The notes under the pieces were generated by a model that saw only the letters and a program-made list of their open reading frames with translations, had not been told where the DNA came from and did no database searches. A program made the translations under genes and the position numbers. Below are positions 1 through 12,304 of a stretch of 48,290 nucleotides of DNA, in pieces (the first letter of the stretch is position 1; each line of letters starts with the position of its first letter). Source of the stretch: Perkinsus olseni (Eukaryota); NCBI GenBank assembly GCA_013115125.1, contig JABANN010000242.1:1-48290 (forward strand), read 5' to 3'.

Positions 1-2646
1 TTTCTCAAGTTTGTGAGGTGAGGTCTCTAGCCTTAAGATTCGTCATTCTCAAGGGGTTAGTGAAAGAGGCCCTTTATCGAACGGGGGAAGCCATCTGCTG
101 CGGAGTTCGATCTCACTTCATTGTTAGTTTAGTGAATGAAGCCATCAGACGTTGACGAGTTGACGGATCGCTCCTCCAAGCGGGCGCGACTTGGTCTCCC
201 AGGTGAGTTTCAGGGTTTCTCGACAGGTTCCTTTTCCTCGCTCCAGCAGTGGTGACAGGACCGCTGTGAGCAGGTAGGAGGGAGCATACACCATCGGCCG
301 TGAGCAACACAGAGAGGGTCACGACGGACCAGCTCCACGACCTCAGCACCTTACCGCTAGTGGTAGAGTTGGAAGGAATGAAGGATGACTACGCATTCTC
401 ACAGAACGACCTCAGGAGGGTCTGTGAACGGTACTGGGGGCTTGGAGTGCTCGCCCATCTCACGCAGCCGAACCTTCACGACGCTCTTTGCCTACACTCC
501 CTCACATCCTGACTCGGTCCAGTCAACCAACCACCTTTCGTTGGGGGCCGTTGTGCAGCCTCACCGTATGTATTATCCGCCGGTCTGGCAGTGCGTTAGT
601 CATCCCCAAGGTACGGACCAGTGCGAACCTTAGAGCTGCTAGACTCGGTGTCGGCCCCTGATGTAGCCCTCATTGACTTCGAAAGCAAGGAGGATGCAGT
701 AGAGTTCCTGAGCCATATGAATGGTACGAGGATGGCAGGTCGGCATGAGTCCTACGTGGGACAGCTGCGGTCAGGCATGCCTATCAAGGTCGAAGGGGAT
801 AGTACAGTAGTAGTACGAGTATCACCTTTCTCGAGAGAGACGGAGACCAAACTTCGAGTACTGAAGGGCAACGATCGACATTTGAGTGATCATCACGAAG
901 CTTCTCTCAGCGCAACCTCGAGCTGGCGTTAGGGCAGTCAACTCTGAGGAACGCCTGCCTCTTCGACCCTGTGGATGGTGAGGGTCTCACGGTGCGTCTA
1001 CAGCGTGGCAATTTACGAGCTCAGGCGAAGAGGGTGGCCAGTGGTCTGCTCCTAAGCAGTGGTGTTGCCGCTTCGTCATTGGAGCAGAGAGAATGTAATT
1101 CATGCCTTCCTGCCAGTTATGCGAGGTTCTTAAGAGAATTCGCGCTCGGGATTGGACTCGACTCATCAGAACATGCGAGAAGCCGTAGCTCCTGTATCGT
1201 GCTCTCGACTTTTCCGAAGGCTCGGGCCCTAGGCAAGTTGAGCGCGTAGGCCCTCTTCTGGGTCCCCTGGGGAACTGCTTAATTGGCCTAGGCCCAGAAT
1301 CGGCCTTGCCTAGCTCACTGACATCCTCGAAGTGTTCAGTTCCTTACTGACAGTACGAGGCGGGTCCTCGTGAGCTGACCGTCTCCGTCAGGCACAAGGA
1401 CTTCCCCCTCGTGGGTCGTATCATCGGCCCTAATGGTGAACATATGAAGACGATACATGCTGCCACGGGGGCTAAGCTGAGGCTCAGAGGCAAACGCAGT
1501 GGGCCCAGCAGCAGCAGCAGTTGGGCAACAGCAGTATTGGCCGTCCTTGGGATAGGTAACTTCAGGGAGGGCCCGGAAAATATGGAGTCGGACGAGCCCA
1601 TGCATCTGACTGTCAGTAGGCCTGGGGGTTTGTGATTATATTGGCCGTGAGGGATAGGCGATGCGAGAACGCCGCTTCGACCCACCGCCCGTCCGAGGAC
1701 CCTCTCCTTGTCGAAGCGCTGTGATGTTAATATACAGGCAATACCAGCGAAGTGGCGTACCGGCGTACCTGTGAGTTGGTCGAGAACCACATGAAGGCGG
1801 TGTACGACGACTATGCTGTATGGTGCGACCAGCGAGGGATACCGGTACTAGGCCCCTGGCCGCCTACGGGCCATGCTGTAGAGTCTCTAATCTGAACCAG
1901 GTACCAGTGATTCAGATGATAGTAGTAGAGGGCAAGGCTACCGAGTCGCTCGAACAGAAGCTGAATGAACTGTACTTGGCACAGAACCAGGCTGTGAGTG
2001 TGGACTAGAAGTGCCGCCGCTATTCACTCCCTTCGGTACAGCCTCCAGTGCCCGAGGCTCCTCCCGCCCCGCCGAGCCTTATCCCGATCGAAGTAGGCTG
2101 TGGGATCGAGCAGGGGTATATTGTCATTGCTCAGCACCTGGTCGCCTTCAACTATCGCAATCCGGACTTCAGCAAGAAGTTGGGCGGCAAGGACGGTAAG
2201 GGTGATGGGGGTGCCGCGCAGGGTGAGGAGGGTAATGGAGTAACCAACCTGGAAGATGACGACGACGAGGGTACCGCCAGCTGATACCACATTTTCCGTT
2301 ACATGCATGTCCTTAGCCATCGTGGACCCACGTCTGTTGCAACCCGAGGATCCTTCCCTGAAGCCGAGGGCTGATGGTTCTGACGTACTGTACCACCCAG
2401 GGCGGCTTCTGCCCTTGCTTAGTCGCTGTCCTAGGTGTGCCGTCATTGGCTGAAGAACCGTTGTAACTACGGCGATATGTGCAGCTTCAAGCACGTGAGG
2501 GAACATCGCTTCAAACAGCGGTACTGTACGATGGAAGATCGTCGCAGGTCCTTCCTGAGGGGATGGTAGTCCCCCCAGGCATAGCGGGCCCGGGAGTTGC
2601 CCCACCCAGGCGTCCGAAAAAGATGGACACTGCAAAGGAGACCTAA
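1..2646 (+). CDS. RNA-binding protein, RRM + SF1/STAR-type KH + CCCH zinc finger (paralog 1; multi-exon, 5' end probably outside window)
   Basis: Spliced exons read DDYAFSQNDLRRVCER..LELLDSVSAPDVALIDFE (RRM-like), KQWCCRFVIGAERM|HKDFPLVGRIIGPNGEHMKTIHAATGAKLRLRGKRS|NFREGPENMESDEPMHL (STAR KH) and CRHWLKNRCNYGDMCSFKH (C-x7-C-x5-C-x3-H, ~2435-2495). Stop TAA at 2644-2646. Confidence 0.8.
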
Positions 2647-2776
2647 TTAACGCCATGTTTCGTCTCCTTCAGTAGCATCTGATGTCACTACGGTTACCAA
2701 TGTACTGTTGTGTTGGTTAGCCTACATCGAGGAGTATCCTGTCCACTCCCCTCACATACAGTCGGCCTTTAGCATC

Positions 2777-4787
2777 ATGTCAACAACAGCAGCAGCGGCA
2801 GCAGCAGTAACGGAAGCAGCTGCGTCTCCAGCTCCGCCTAGCCCGCCACCCATGGACCCTCGTCGGCAACAGAAACGCTCAATGGCCAGCTTGTCCATGT
2901 CCGAGGGAATGGCAGGGGCACGTGGCGCCGCTGGCATCGCTGGTGGGACATCGCTGCGTCCTCTCCCTCTATCCTGGGAGTATTGTTTGCTAGGTAACAT
3001 GTCGAGTGGAGGGAAGATCAACCCCTTCCTAGCCTACCAGAATGACGTCTCCCAAGCTGGTAAGTCCCGTACCACTGGGGTTCAATCGTGAACATCTTGT
3101 TTCACCTCAGGTGACTTGTCCTCCTGCGCATTGGTGCTCATGCTCGAGGGTATCCCCAAGGATTTCGCCTTCTCTGAGAATGACCTTTGGGCTACCTTCT
3201 CTCGGTAGGCCCTGGTCCGGGGTCGCTAGCCCCCATAGTTCTCTTCCTTCCAAGGTACGGCCCTCTGAAGACCGTGCAGCTGTTAGACTCGGTCTCTGCC
3301 CCTGATGTGGCCCTCCTCGAGTTCCAAAACAACTCAGATGCATACGAGTGTCAAAGGCACCTTGATGGTAGTTTGATCCCTCCGGACCGGCTACCCGATC
3401 GAGGACCTCCGCCCAGGTACCGTCCTCAAGATAGAAGGGGACTCTTGTGTTGCTCGAGTGAAACAGTTCAGTCAGGAGATGGAAAAGCACTTGAGAGTAC
3501 CCATCATCACCAGCCGGTACATGCTGTTATGTTAACTCTATCAGGGCCTTTTGGAGACGGCCGCAGCGGCTTCCCTGCAGTATCAAGTCGCCAGAGGTAG
3601 GCAGTCACTCATTCATGTCCGTCATTCAGTCACTGTCCGCCATTCATGATAGTTCCCTTCCCTTTAGATGGTGAGTCGATCCTCAGCGACCCCGAGGCCC
3701 TCGGTGGCCCTGCTGCCAATGCTGGCAAGTGGTGCGCCAGGTGAGTACGGACCACGCAAGCTTGGAGATTGATGGGGTCTGTCCAGATTCGTGATCGGGG
3801 CCGAGCGCATGCACAAGGACTTTCCCATCGTTGGTCGTATCATTGGTCCCAATGGAGAGCACATGAAGCTCATCCACCACAAGACTGGGGCCAAGCTCAG
3901 ACTCAGAGGACGGAGAAGTGAGGAGCCGCCGTGCATTAGAGTACGCCTGATTAGAATACTGTAATGCTAGGCAACTTCCGTGAGGGCCCTGAGAATAAGG
4001 AGTCTGACGAACCCCTCCATCTTTGCGTATCCAGCCATGACGAGGTGAGCCCGGATCGGAAGTGCAACCACCCACTCTCGGTTGGACCCGCAGGTATCCT
4101 ACAGACGGACGTGTGAGATGGTTGAGCATCTTATGAAGGGGGTCTACCACGATTATGGCGAATGGTGCGCTCAGAGAGGCATCCCAGTAAGCTCTACCGA
4201 CATGCTTGGTTTTTCCGGAACCACCGATGGTTCCCCAGATACCAGCCATCCAGATGATAATGGTAGAGGGCTCGACCCATGAGTCCTTAGAGGAAAAGCT
4301 GCAGGTGGGGCGGACCTCGGTGCTTCCTCCATGAGCTCACCCTCGGTCCTCAGGAACTCTACTCCTCCCAGAACCTCACACTACCATCACCTGGATCTGT
4401 CGAGGACGAAGCGGACAAGGCGGTGGACCCTCGCCTGGCAGAGGCACACGTCCCTGTCTTCGACGCGGTAAGTATAGCCCCTTCCACCCCTGTCGATTAT
4501 CCATGCTGCTTCAGAGTCAAACTGGCCCCGCCTACAAGAGGCTTCGTAGTGACATCAACTCCGTCAGCAAGGTGTGCCGCCATTGGCTCCGAGGACAGTG
4601 CCATTATGGTGATCGGTACGAGCTCCCTATCATCGTCCTGCTTGGGAGGCGTGGGTCCCTGTTCAGGTGTAGCTTCCGGCATGTTGTGCCTCCAGGGATG
4701 GCCCCTCCTCCGCAGGGAGTGGTATTCATACAGCAGCCGTCGGCAGGGAACGACGATAAGCCTGCATCATCAATCAGTGCTCCATAA
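2777..4787 (+). CDS. RNA-binding protein, RRM + SF1/STAR-type KH + CCCH zinc finger (paralog 2; multi-exon)
   Basis: Exons align with paralog 1: DFAFSENDLWATFSR, VQLLDSVSAPDVALLEF, FVIGAERMHKDFPIVGRIIGPNGEHMKLIHHKTGAKLRLRGRRS, CRHWLRGQCHYGDR|CSFRH. ATG at 2777, stop at 4787. Confidence 0.8.
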
Positions 4788-5144
4788 TGAGGAGGCCACC
4801 TATCAGAAGGAGCATCGCAGCCTTATTATATTGTTTATACACGCTTAAAGTATCGTCTTAGAAAGACAGTTCACGGCTTATGCTTGATTAACCTTGAAGG
4901 TAGCAGCAGCGGCAGCATCGCTCCGCTGCGGCAGCACTTTACGACATGGCAGTCATCATCGTTGTCGTAGTCAAACTCATCCCATTATTTACTATTACTT
5001 GCCAGTCTAATAAGAACAACAACTGACCATTCAACGGCACTACGTTCATCACCTTCACCAGTATTTCGTACCGCTTGTGTTCTGAGTAGGGGTTAATGGG
5101 CAGTCGGAGGTTGCTGGTCTAGTTTAGTGTACATCGTGTCAGCA

Positions 5145-6754
5145 ATGGCGAGTGGGGGTGATCGCGAAGTAGCCTTTGGGAGACGGGCTGCCAGGCCGGC
5201 CACCACAGAAACGTTATTGCCAAAGGGAAGGTCCGAAACAGCCAAGTTCGGACGGCGTGCTATGAAGGACACGGGCTTGTCCTCGGTCCGTCCTCCTGTC
5301 CCCTACAGTAACAGACTCAGTGGTTTTGCGGGAGGCTTGTTGAAGCGAGACGCTGAGGGCTATCAGTCCGATGAGGATGACACTCCTTCGGTCTTCCGCC
5401 GATCGACGAATGCGAGGGCGCCGAGGCTCGGAATGGCTCAAGCGCCGGTCTCCGAGCGAATCGGCAGTGCCCTATCTACCGAGCTGCGCCGCCTAGTCTT
5501 CAGGGATGCTCCCGGATACCCCTCCGGCTGGCGGCAGGGCTTCTGCTTCGGTGACTGTGGTGTCCCGTATTGCTTGGTCCAAGCAAGGGGAGGACCTTGC
5601 GGTGTGTTGGCGGCTGTTATGGCGTTCATGCTGAAGCTCATGCGAGAGGAGTTCCCTGCTGGGGATGGTGAGTTGGGAATTGGTTCTCCGTCGGACCGAG
5701 TGTTGTCTAGTCGAGGTACCACACCTCCCCCTAATGCAGCTGATGATCGAAGAGCACTTCTTGCAGGGGCTATGGCGGACATTCTGTGCGGCATTGCCGA
5801 GGCCTCTACAGGCGTTGTTCACCTTGTGCATGATCTGAGGAGTATTGAGAGACCCCAAAGGGCGTCGGTGAGCACTTTGACCGGCAAGGCGGAAGTTATC
5901 ACAGCTCTAGAGGCCTCGACGCTGTATGAACAGTACACACGAGGTAAGGCCAAGGGGGGACCGCTTTCGGCTCACAAGATCGGTCGACTCCTTATCGCTG
6001 TATCGTGAGATCCTCCAGGACAGATACTGGTCTGATCTCCTTCGTCTACTCGTCTCTCCTCACTAGGGGGCTCGATTCAGTGAGAGAGGATACTGACGAC
6101 CCTGAAAGAGTCACCATGCTTGGTGACCACGGGTACGGCAACTGGGATCAACTCTTTAATCCTTCACCGGAGGACGGCTCTTCCTCGCTGTTGGCCAAAA
6201 GCTCATCGAACAATGCTACTGTTCTCACATTGCTCCTGACCACCCTCTCGGGAATAGAGCCCAGGAGACTACAGGCGAAATCGTTGATCACTACTAGAGT
6301 TGGTTCCCCCAGGTACTGTACTCAGGAGCTTGTGAATCTCCTACTCGTGGGCGAGGCAGCGTCCAACACCTTCGATGGCCATCGTGACTTAGACGGCCTT
6401 ACCTTGCGAGGGATACAGGCCACCAGTTGCCCCATCGGCCTCCTCAGCCTCTACGAGCATTTCAAGTGCTTGGAAGTTGGAGACAAACTTAAACACCCTA
6501 CAGCCGGCATTTGGCTGGTGTGCGCCGAAAGCCACTACTCCCTTCTGTACGCCGTTGGACCGGACGTTGATGGCGACGTCGTAGAGCTGCGGTATTTCGA
6601 CCAGCTTATGGCGGATGAGGGGGAGTACCGAATAACGCTGCGGCGTCCGAGCAGAGGGACAGTGGAGCCCCCTAGGGGTATGATAGAGCAGTGTCTACGC
6701 ACGAGATGGCAGCATCACGACATCTTGTGGAACGGTAGAGATCCGGTCCTGTGA
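5145..6754 (+). CDS. MINDY-3/MINDY-4 (FAM188, DUF4205) family deubiquitinase
   Basis: W.QGF..LVQARGGPCGVLAA (catalytic Cys motif), GYCTQELVNLLLVG.A.SN.FDG, IGLLSLYEH, VG..LK.P..IWLVCAESHYSLL (catalytic His), YFDQL, IEQCLRTRW. Two introns (~5944-6023, ~6133-6312). Confidence 0.88.
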
Positions 6755-6814
6755 ACCATCATGTAACGTCGTGCCCTAATTCTGCCCTGTGAAGTCGATC
6801 CTTGAGTTCGGGGG

Positions 6815-8733
6815 ATGGTAGCGTTCGCTTCCCGACTCTGGTTCGGTCTTCCGGCATCACGACGTGCTACGCATACAGCCGTGCTCAAGTGATGGTCTCC
6901 ATGGGTCCACCATCGTGGGAGAGCATGTCGATCGCGCCCAGTCATCACGAGACTTCGCAGCTGTTTTCTTAATGGCTGTCCAATGCAGCGCGGCATCCGC
7001 AGCCGCTGCCCGTGCAGGCCTTCTTCGAGCTCTGGTGACGACCAATGCCCAGTCCGGTGCAGAGGAGTTGTCCCGTCTATATTCCCTAGCAGGGGCAGCT
7101 ATCGAAGTGAGGGACCGGCCTCTCAGCCTGGCGCAGCTGTCCCTTTCTAGGCGACAGCCGCCGAGGGGGACGTCCCTGCTGCACGACAGCTTGTGGCTAG
7201 GATGGAGTCCGAAGGGGACGTCACTACCAACCGCAACAGTTTCAACGGTACAACTATCGGGCTGAGCATCCACGGGAACTGACGATGAGTTGTCTGATGG
7301 CCAGATTCCCGGCGGAGCGACAAGTTTCCCCGTCTGCCCGTACCCTTGTCTGTCTATTCTGCCCTTGCTCGAGGCCTTGCATCACAGGGACGAGGCGCGG
7401 ACTGCGCACGGTTGTGGGACCACGTGACCAAGTGGCGGCTGCTCAAGCCAGACAGTGATCTCTTCGAAGGTGAGTACGCACCGCAGCACCTCCCCTCTCG
7501 ACGCTTGCCTCAGCCTCCCTGCACTGCGGCGCTACAGCCAAGGATCCCGACCTGGCCACGAGGCTCTTGTCGGTGAGTGGACTTAGTCACTCGAAGTTGT
7601 ACTTGTCCTTCTCAGGAGGCAGAGGCCCATGGTGTCCACTTGAGCCACCTTGCTCGGTCTCACGCTCTGGGTGCGGTGGCTCACTCGAGGAAGCACAGCC
7701 GAACTGCCTGGGAGCTGTATGCGTCGGGTGACTATCTTGAAGGCACCTGCGCTGTCGACAGTTACTCTTCCATGGTGGCTTCGCGAGAGCCGATAGCCTG
7801 CATCACCTTCGACCGTGCCCTCACTGCATGTTCTACCAACCGCTGGCATAACGCAGTGCTGAGCATCGTCCGATCAGCCGAGCAATCTGTACGACCCTTC
7901 TCGGCATGTCCCATATATGCCCTACCCCAGGCTTGCCAGTTGAGCGAGACGGCCATCGCCCAGGCCATAAGGGCCTTCCGCGGGGCACGGCCCGCCTCTG
8001 AGGAAGTGGCCGTCAGCGCAGCAGCTGCTGAGCTGAGGCTGAGGAACGCCTGGGGAGTACGACGCATTTCCCGACCACACGTCCCCTGATTCACTGTGTC
8101 GAGTAGGTTATCCGCGAGGACCACCGGATGACACTACGGCAGATGAATGCATTTGTCGAGGTAGATCGTATCCGGTAGAGCGCATGACCAGGGCTCCCTG
8201 CAGGTTTATTGCAGCCTAGGGTACTGGCAAGAGGCTGTCAGCCTGGTGCTTTCAGCTCGGGAACGGTGGCCTTGGATGGGTGATGGCGCTAAAACCGAGG
8301 AAAGTGGGTGTGATGGCGGGGGCTTCGCCAACGTGCACACCTTCAAGCCAATCCTGGCGGTGGGATATCAGAAGGCCTCTCAAGCAAGCCAGACGCCGTT
8401 CTCTTTCCAGGCGGTACAGGGCGAGTCGTTTGAGGAGTACTTCGCCGTATGGGATGCGATGGTCCTTGACTGCAGCGTCACTCCTACCCCTGAGCTGATC
8501 AAGGAAGCTCTCCAGCACGCTCTGGTCGGCCTCAAATCTGCCAAACGTCAGTGATCCCGTCGTTCGGTGGCATGCGGACTCCGATGCCCTCAGGTGTGGT
8601 ACAGCTCCTCGAGTTGGCCTATTCCCGAGGCATTGCCATCTCCCAGGACCAGCTGGACCAACTCCGACGAGAGGCCTCCCACGTACCAGCGGTACAGCAG
8701 CTCGTTCGGATCTGCACACATCTGAAGGGCTGA
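6815..8733 (+). CDS. Pentatricopeptide-repeat-like helical repeat protein, possibly mitochondrion-targeted (multi-exon)
   Basis: PPR-like segments LSVYSALARGLASQGRGADCARLWDHVTKWRLLKPD, ITFDRALTACS and YFAVWDAMVLDCSVTPT. N-terminus MVAFASRLWFGLPASRRATH is Arg-rich and acid-free. Confidence 0.55.
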
Positions 8734-9720
8734 AAGCATGTATATTCCTCACACGTTTCCGTCCTATTGTTTCTCGAGATTGCTAACTTGTGCTTCATTG
8801 ATTGAGATCGGGAACCGATTTCGGGATTACAGCGCGGCGAGCGTCTTGGTCATCGTCCTAGGGTTATCCCGAGAAGCCTTGATACTTGCTCATATTGATG
8901 CACCTTCTTGGGGCGGAGGGTTTGTGTGCCACATGCCCATCCCAGTTACTCCTCCAGTCCACCTCGTGAGCCTCTTCGAGGAGCGCCATCATGACGCGCT
9001 CAGCATCGATTATATCATATCTACTACAACAACCAGGGGCCGAGAGTTTGTCCACAATACCACATCGTCATGGCCCGTCATGGCTGAGGCAAACGCCCGT
9101 CCTCATCCTTTATCCCCTCATCCTTCCCCATCATCTTCTCCCCTCCATCGTAACATCCTCGTCGTTGACTGTCAAACCTGGGCCTTGTGCACTCTCGCCG
9201 ACACGAGCGATGCCGTTGGCACTCATGATTTGTCGTATACATATTCTACGGCAGCAGCTCCAGTGAAGTATCCCCACGGTCTCTCTCAGGGGCACTCAGC
9301 CTCTTGATTACTGAGGGAGTGTCTGCCGAGATGTCCAGGAGCCCCTCAATGCTCGAGTACTGGTTACCCGATGAATGGCCGGGGCATTGGCGCTGTCCAT
9401 GCCTTACGGTAGTGCCACACCATTGGTGTGGTCGAGTTGGTGAATAAAGTTCACGGTAAACCGTTCACCATCGTTGGACATCTCCCTACCGAGGATTAAA
9501 AGAATCTGGCGTCATGAGCCCCCTCACAAAACATACTGAGCCTCATCCAGAACGAACATCCCCAGCATGCCGTTGATCCTAACTCACACAACAGATTCCT
9601 TTATAGACATGTACATCACCATATAAACATGGGCACAACCGGGAATGCTGACTACTTCTACTTATATCTCTCCACAAGTGTCGCGCTTTCTTGGTCAGGG
9701 CCATAATCATTCCAACTGCT

Positions 9721-10453
9721 TTAGACGTGCGTTCTCAGCCGCTTCAGGCGCTCGATTTCAGTCTCGACTTTTGACGCGAAGTCGGCCACAAACATAGGAA
9801 GCCAATCAATTCTCTGTTCGTAACCTTTCTTGGGATACTTCCCAATGTATTCTGCTATTTCGTCGCACGGGAACTTGGTCATGTCGAATTCCGTCGTCAC
9901 CGGGATGAGCAGATCCTTGAAAGGATTAACCCTATCGGATAAACTGTGAACCTTGCCCCCTTCATCCGTTATGTCGAAAAGATCGAACACCTCGCCGTCT
10001 TTGCGAGACACAAGACGGAACCTCCACATGCCGTCTTCATAGGAGCTGAGAATATGAAAAATTCGAGGCGTCTGAATTTATGACGAGGGGTCTCCCAATA
10101 GAGATTACTAGTATTCTATTTCGACACTGTCCTCGCCTGGGCCCATCTCCGACTGCAAAGCCATGGACACGAAATTCGAGATCGTATCGTTGTTGGGGTT
10201 CGCGAGTTTATCGACAAACACGATGAGATTCTCGTATTTGATACGACAGCCCCAGTAGGACTGGTTTGCTCCGCCGAGTGGTGTAGTGCCTGGCACGCCC
10301 TGAAACCGGACACCAATTCTTCTGCTCCGAACACCCTGCGTTCGTATACTTCAGATGGCGGCCCATTACCTCGGGTTTGAGAGCGGCCCGCAAAGCCTTC
10401 GCCGATGTCAGCATCACCGAAACCAGCAGCAGGAAGGAGAAGGAGCTAGTCAT
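9721..10453 (-). CDS. Hypothetical secreted protein, lineage-specific family (copy A)
   Basis: Signal-peptide-like start MTSSFSFLLLVSVMLTSAKA. Last exon SSYEDGMWRFR..VNPFKDLL..EFDM..CDEIAEYIGKYPKKGY..WLPMFV is homologous to copy B. Confidence 0.55.
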
Positions 10454-11556
10454 CAAGCAAAAAAGGACACGACTGATAAATATTAACAAGTTAGTGAGAA
10501 CTAGACAGGACAAACAAGTCCAAGACACTGAGTACGGCCTTCTCGTATGCCCCGTACATGTCCCAGAAGCCAGCATCATCCGCAAAGCTCGTAACCTCAC
10601 TCTCTTAGACTCCGTGCAATAACACAGAACAAGGAAAGACATCGGCAAGCGCCTCTCACTTGAGCGGAGGATGGAAACAGTAGCCACAGCCCGAGCGGGG
10701 GATCAGAAAGGCGCTCGACCTTCTCGATCGCAAGGGAGGTGTCCCTTGGTGTCGGCCGCACGACGCTAGGAAAAACGCCACTGGATTCACTCAGTGTCCC
10801 ATCAAATGGAGGAAGGACACTAAAACAGAGCGCTGATCGATCACCGGCAGCGCGAACATGGCATTGCCTGCAAGGCTCTTGTCCACCATACGTTGACAGG
10901 CCACCTGGGCGGCCCTGGTCAATGACAAGGGCTCACCAGCTCATAGCACTTCTTCCTCTCCAAAAGATCTCGATCCCGCAATGCTCTAGCCATCGAGTTA
11001 CACCATTACCATCCTCAATAATTTCATCGATCTCGCAGCACCAAACGAAACACAGTCGACTAGTCATCCATCACATTACGTCAGCAGTGTGGAGTGAACC
11101 TCGAAGGTCGTCATCATCTCTTAACTCACATTACTCAGGCGTCTACATCCAAAATCAGAGGTATTGTCGTCACCCACCGTACGTGACCCACGAGCTGTGT
11201 GGAGTCCCACTTGATGACAGATGATCCCGCTCACTATGAAGGGGCCTCTCCGGCTCGTAGAGAACTCCTCTACTTGAGCGCCCCTCCCTTCTCTCCAACA
11301 AACGCTCTGGCACTAACCCGATGTTTACTGAGGTGTTCACTCTGTCAGGTGATGAATCTGCCAAACCGTACGAACGCAGGCTACGGGCTACTAATCGTAA
11401 TAGCATACTCCTGAATGAGTCCATAGGGTCGTATTTAACCGCTGAGTGGATGACTAGACTCACGGGTTTGGCATGCCGTATCACAATTGACCACACTAAG
11501 CAGTGCTTAGTAAGCACGACAATATGCTCAGTGAACATCAACATCATCACAACGGA

Positions 11557-12304
11557 TCATGGTAAAAACTCTCTCCCACTGTCCATTTTAAACTTACGGT
11601 ATTCTGCAACTGCCTCGTCCATCATAAATTTTCCGAGCCATTTAGGCCCAGGCTTGTAACCAGGCATAGGATTCTGTTCGATATAATCTGCTATTTTATC
11701 GCATTGGGAATCTTCCATATTGAACTCGCTCATTATGTTGCCCAACAGGTGGTAGAAGGGGTTCATTTTACCCGTCTTCTCGTGTACAGATCGCTCCTCT
11801 CCTTTGCACCAGTGGAGTTTTTCATCTCCTTCTTCGAATCGGAACTCCCACGTACCATCGCCGTAAGAGCTGAGACAGGACACTTATTGAGGAGTTAGGT
11901 TTATGATGACACTTAGTCCACAAAAAAACCTTGTCAGTCGCACGTTAGACGGTGACGAGTCTTACATATATTCGGCCATAGGGCGTGAGGAGCCAGTCAC
12001 CCGCACGCTAAGGCGAAAATAACTTCCTTCTTCGCCGGCAGAAGGATGCATTTTCAGAACCAACACTTCGAAGGGTATACCCTGTGGCTTGTATTCCATA
12101 TAGCAAGTAGAGGCCGATTTGAAAAGGTTCTTCATTACCAAACGGCCCGGCGCCGAGGCCTAAAGGAGGAGAAACAGATAATTGCTTCGACCCTTTTCGA
12201 TGTTGGTTGCTGAGTGATACCCTGGAGTCAGCCTTCCCCTTTAAAGCGCGTGTTAGGATCACCGAAACAAGCAGCAAGATAGTGCGGCAGAAGTTTGTCA
12301 TCAC
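11557..12304 (-). CDS. Hypothetical secreted protein, lineage-specific family (copy B)
   Basis: Start MMTNFCRTILLLVSVILTRALK. Last exon SSYGDGTWEFRF..MNPFYHLL..EFNM..CDKIADYIEQNPMPGY..WLGKFM. Confidence 0.55.

Noticed and set aside
950-1094. Apparent hairpins suggesting an ncRNA
   Set aside because: Mostly a coding exon (KQWCCRFVIGAERM) homologous to paralog 2.
8738-9500. 189-aa ORF in the convergent gap, possibly a protease or transposon fragment
   Set aside because: No convincing motif or splice structure.
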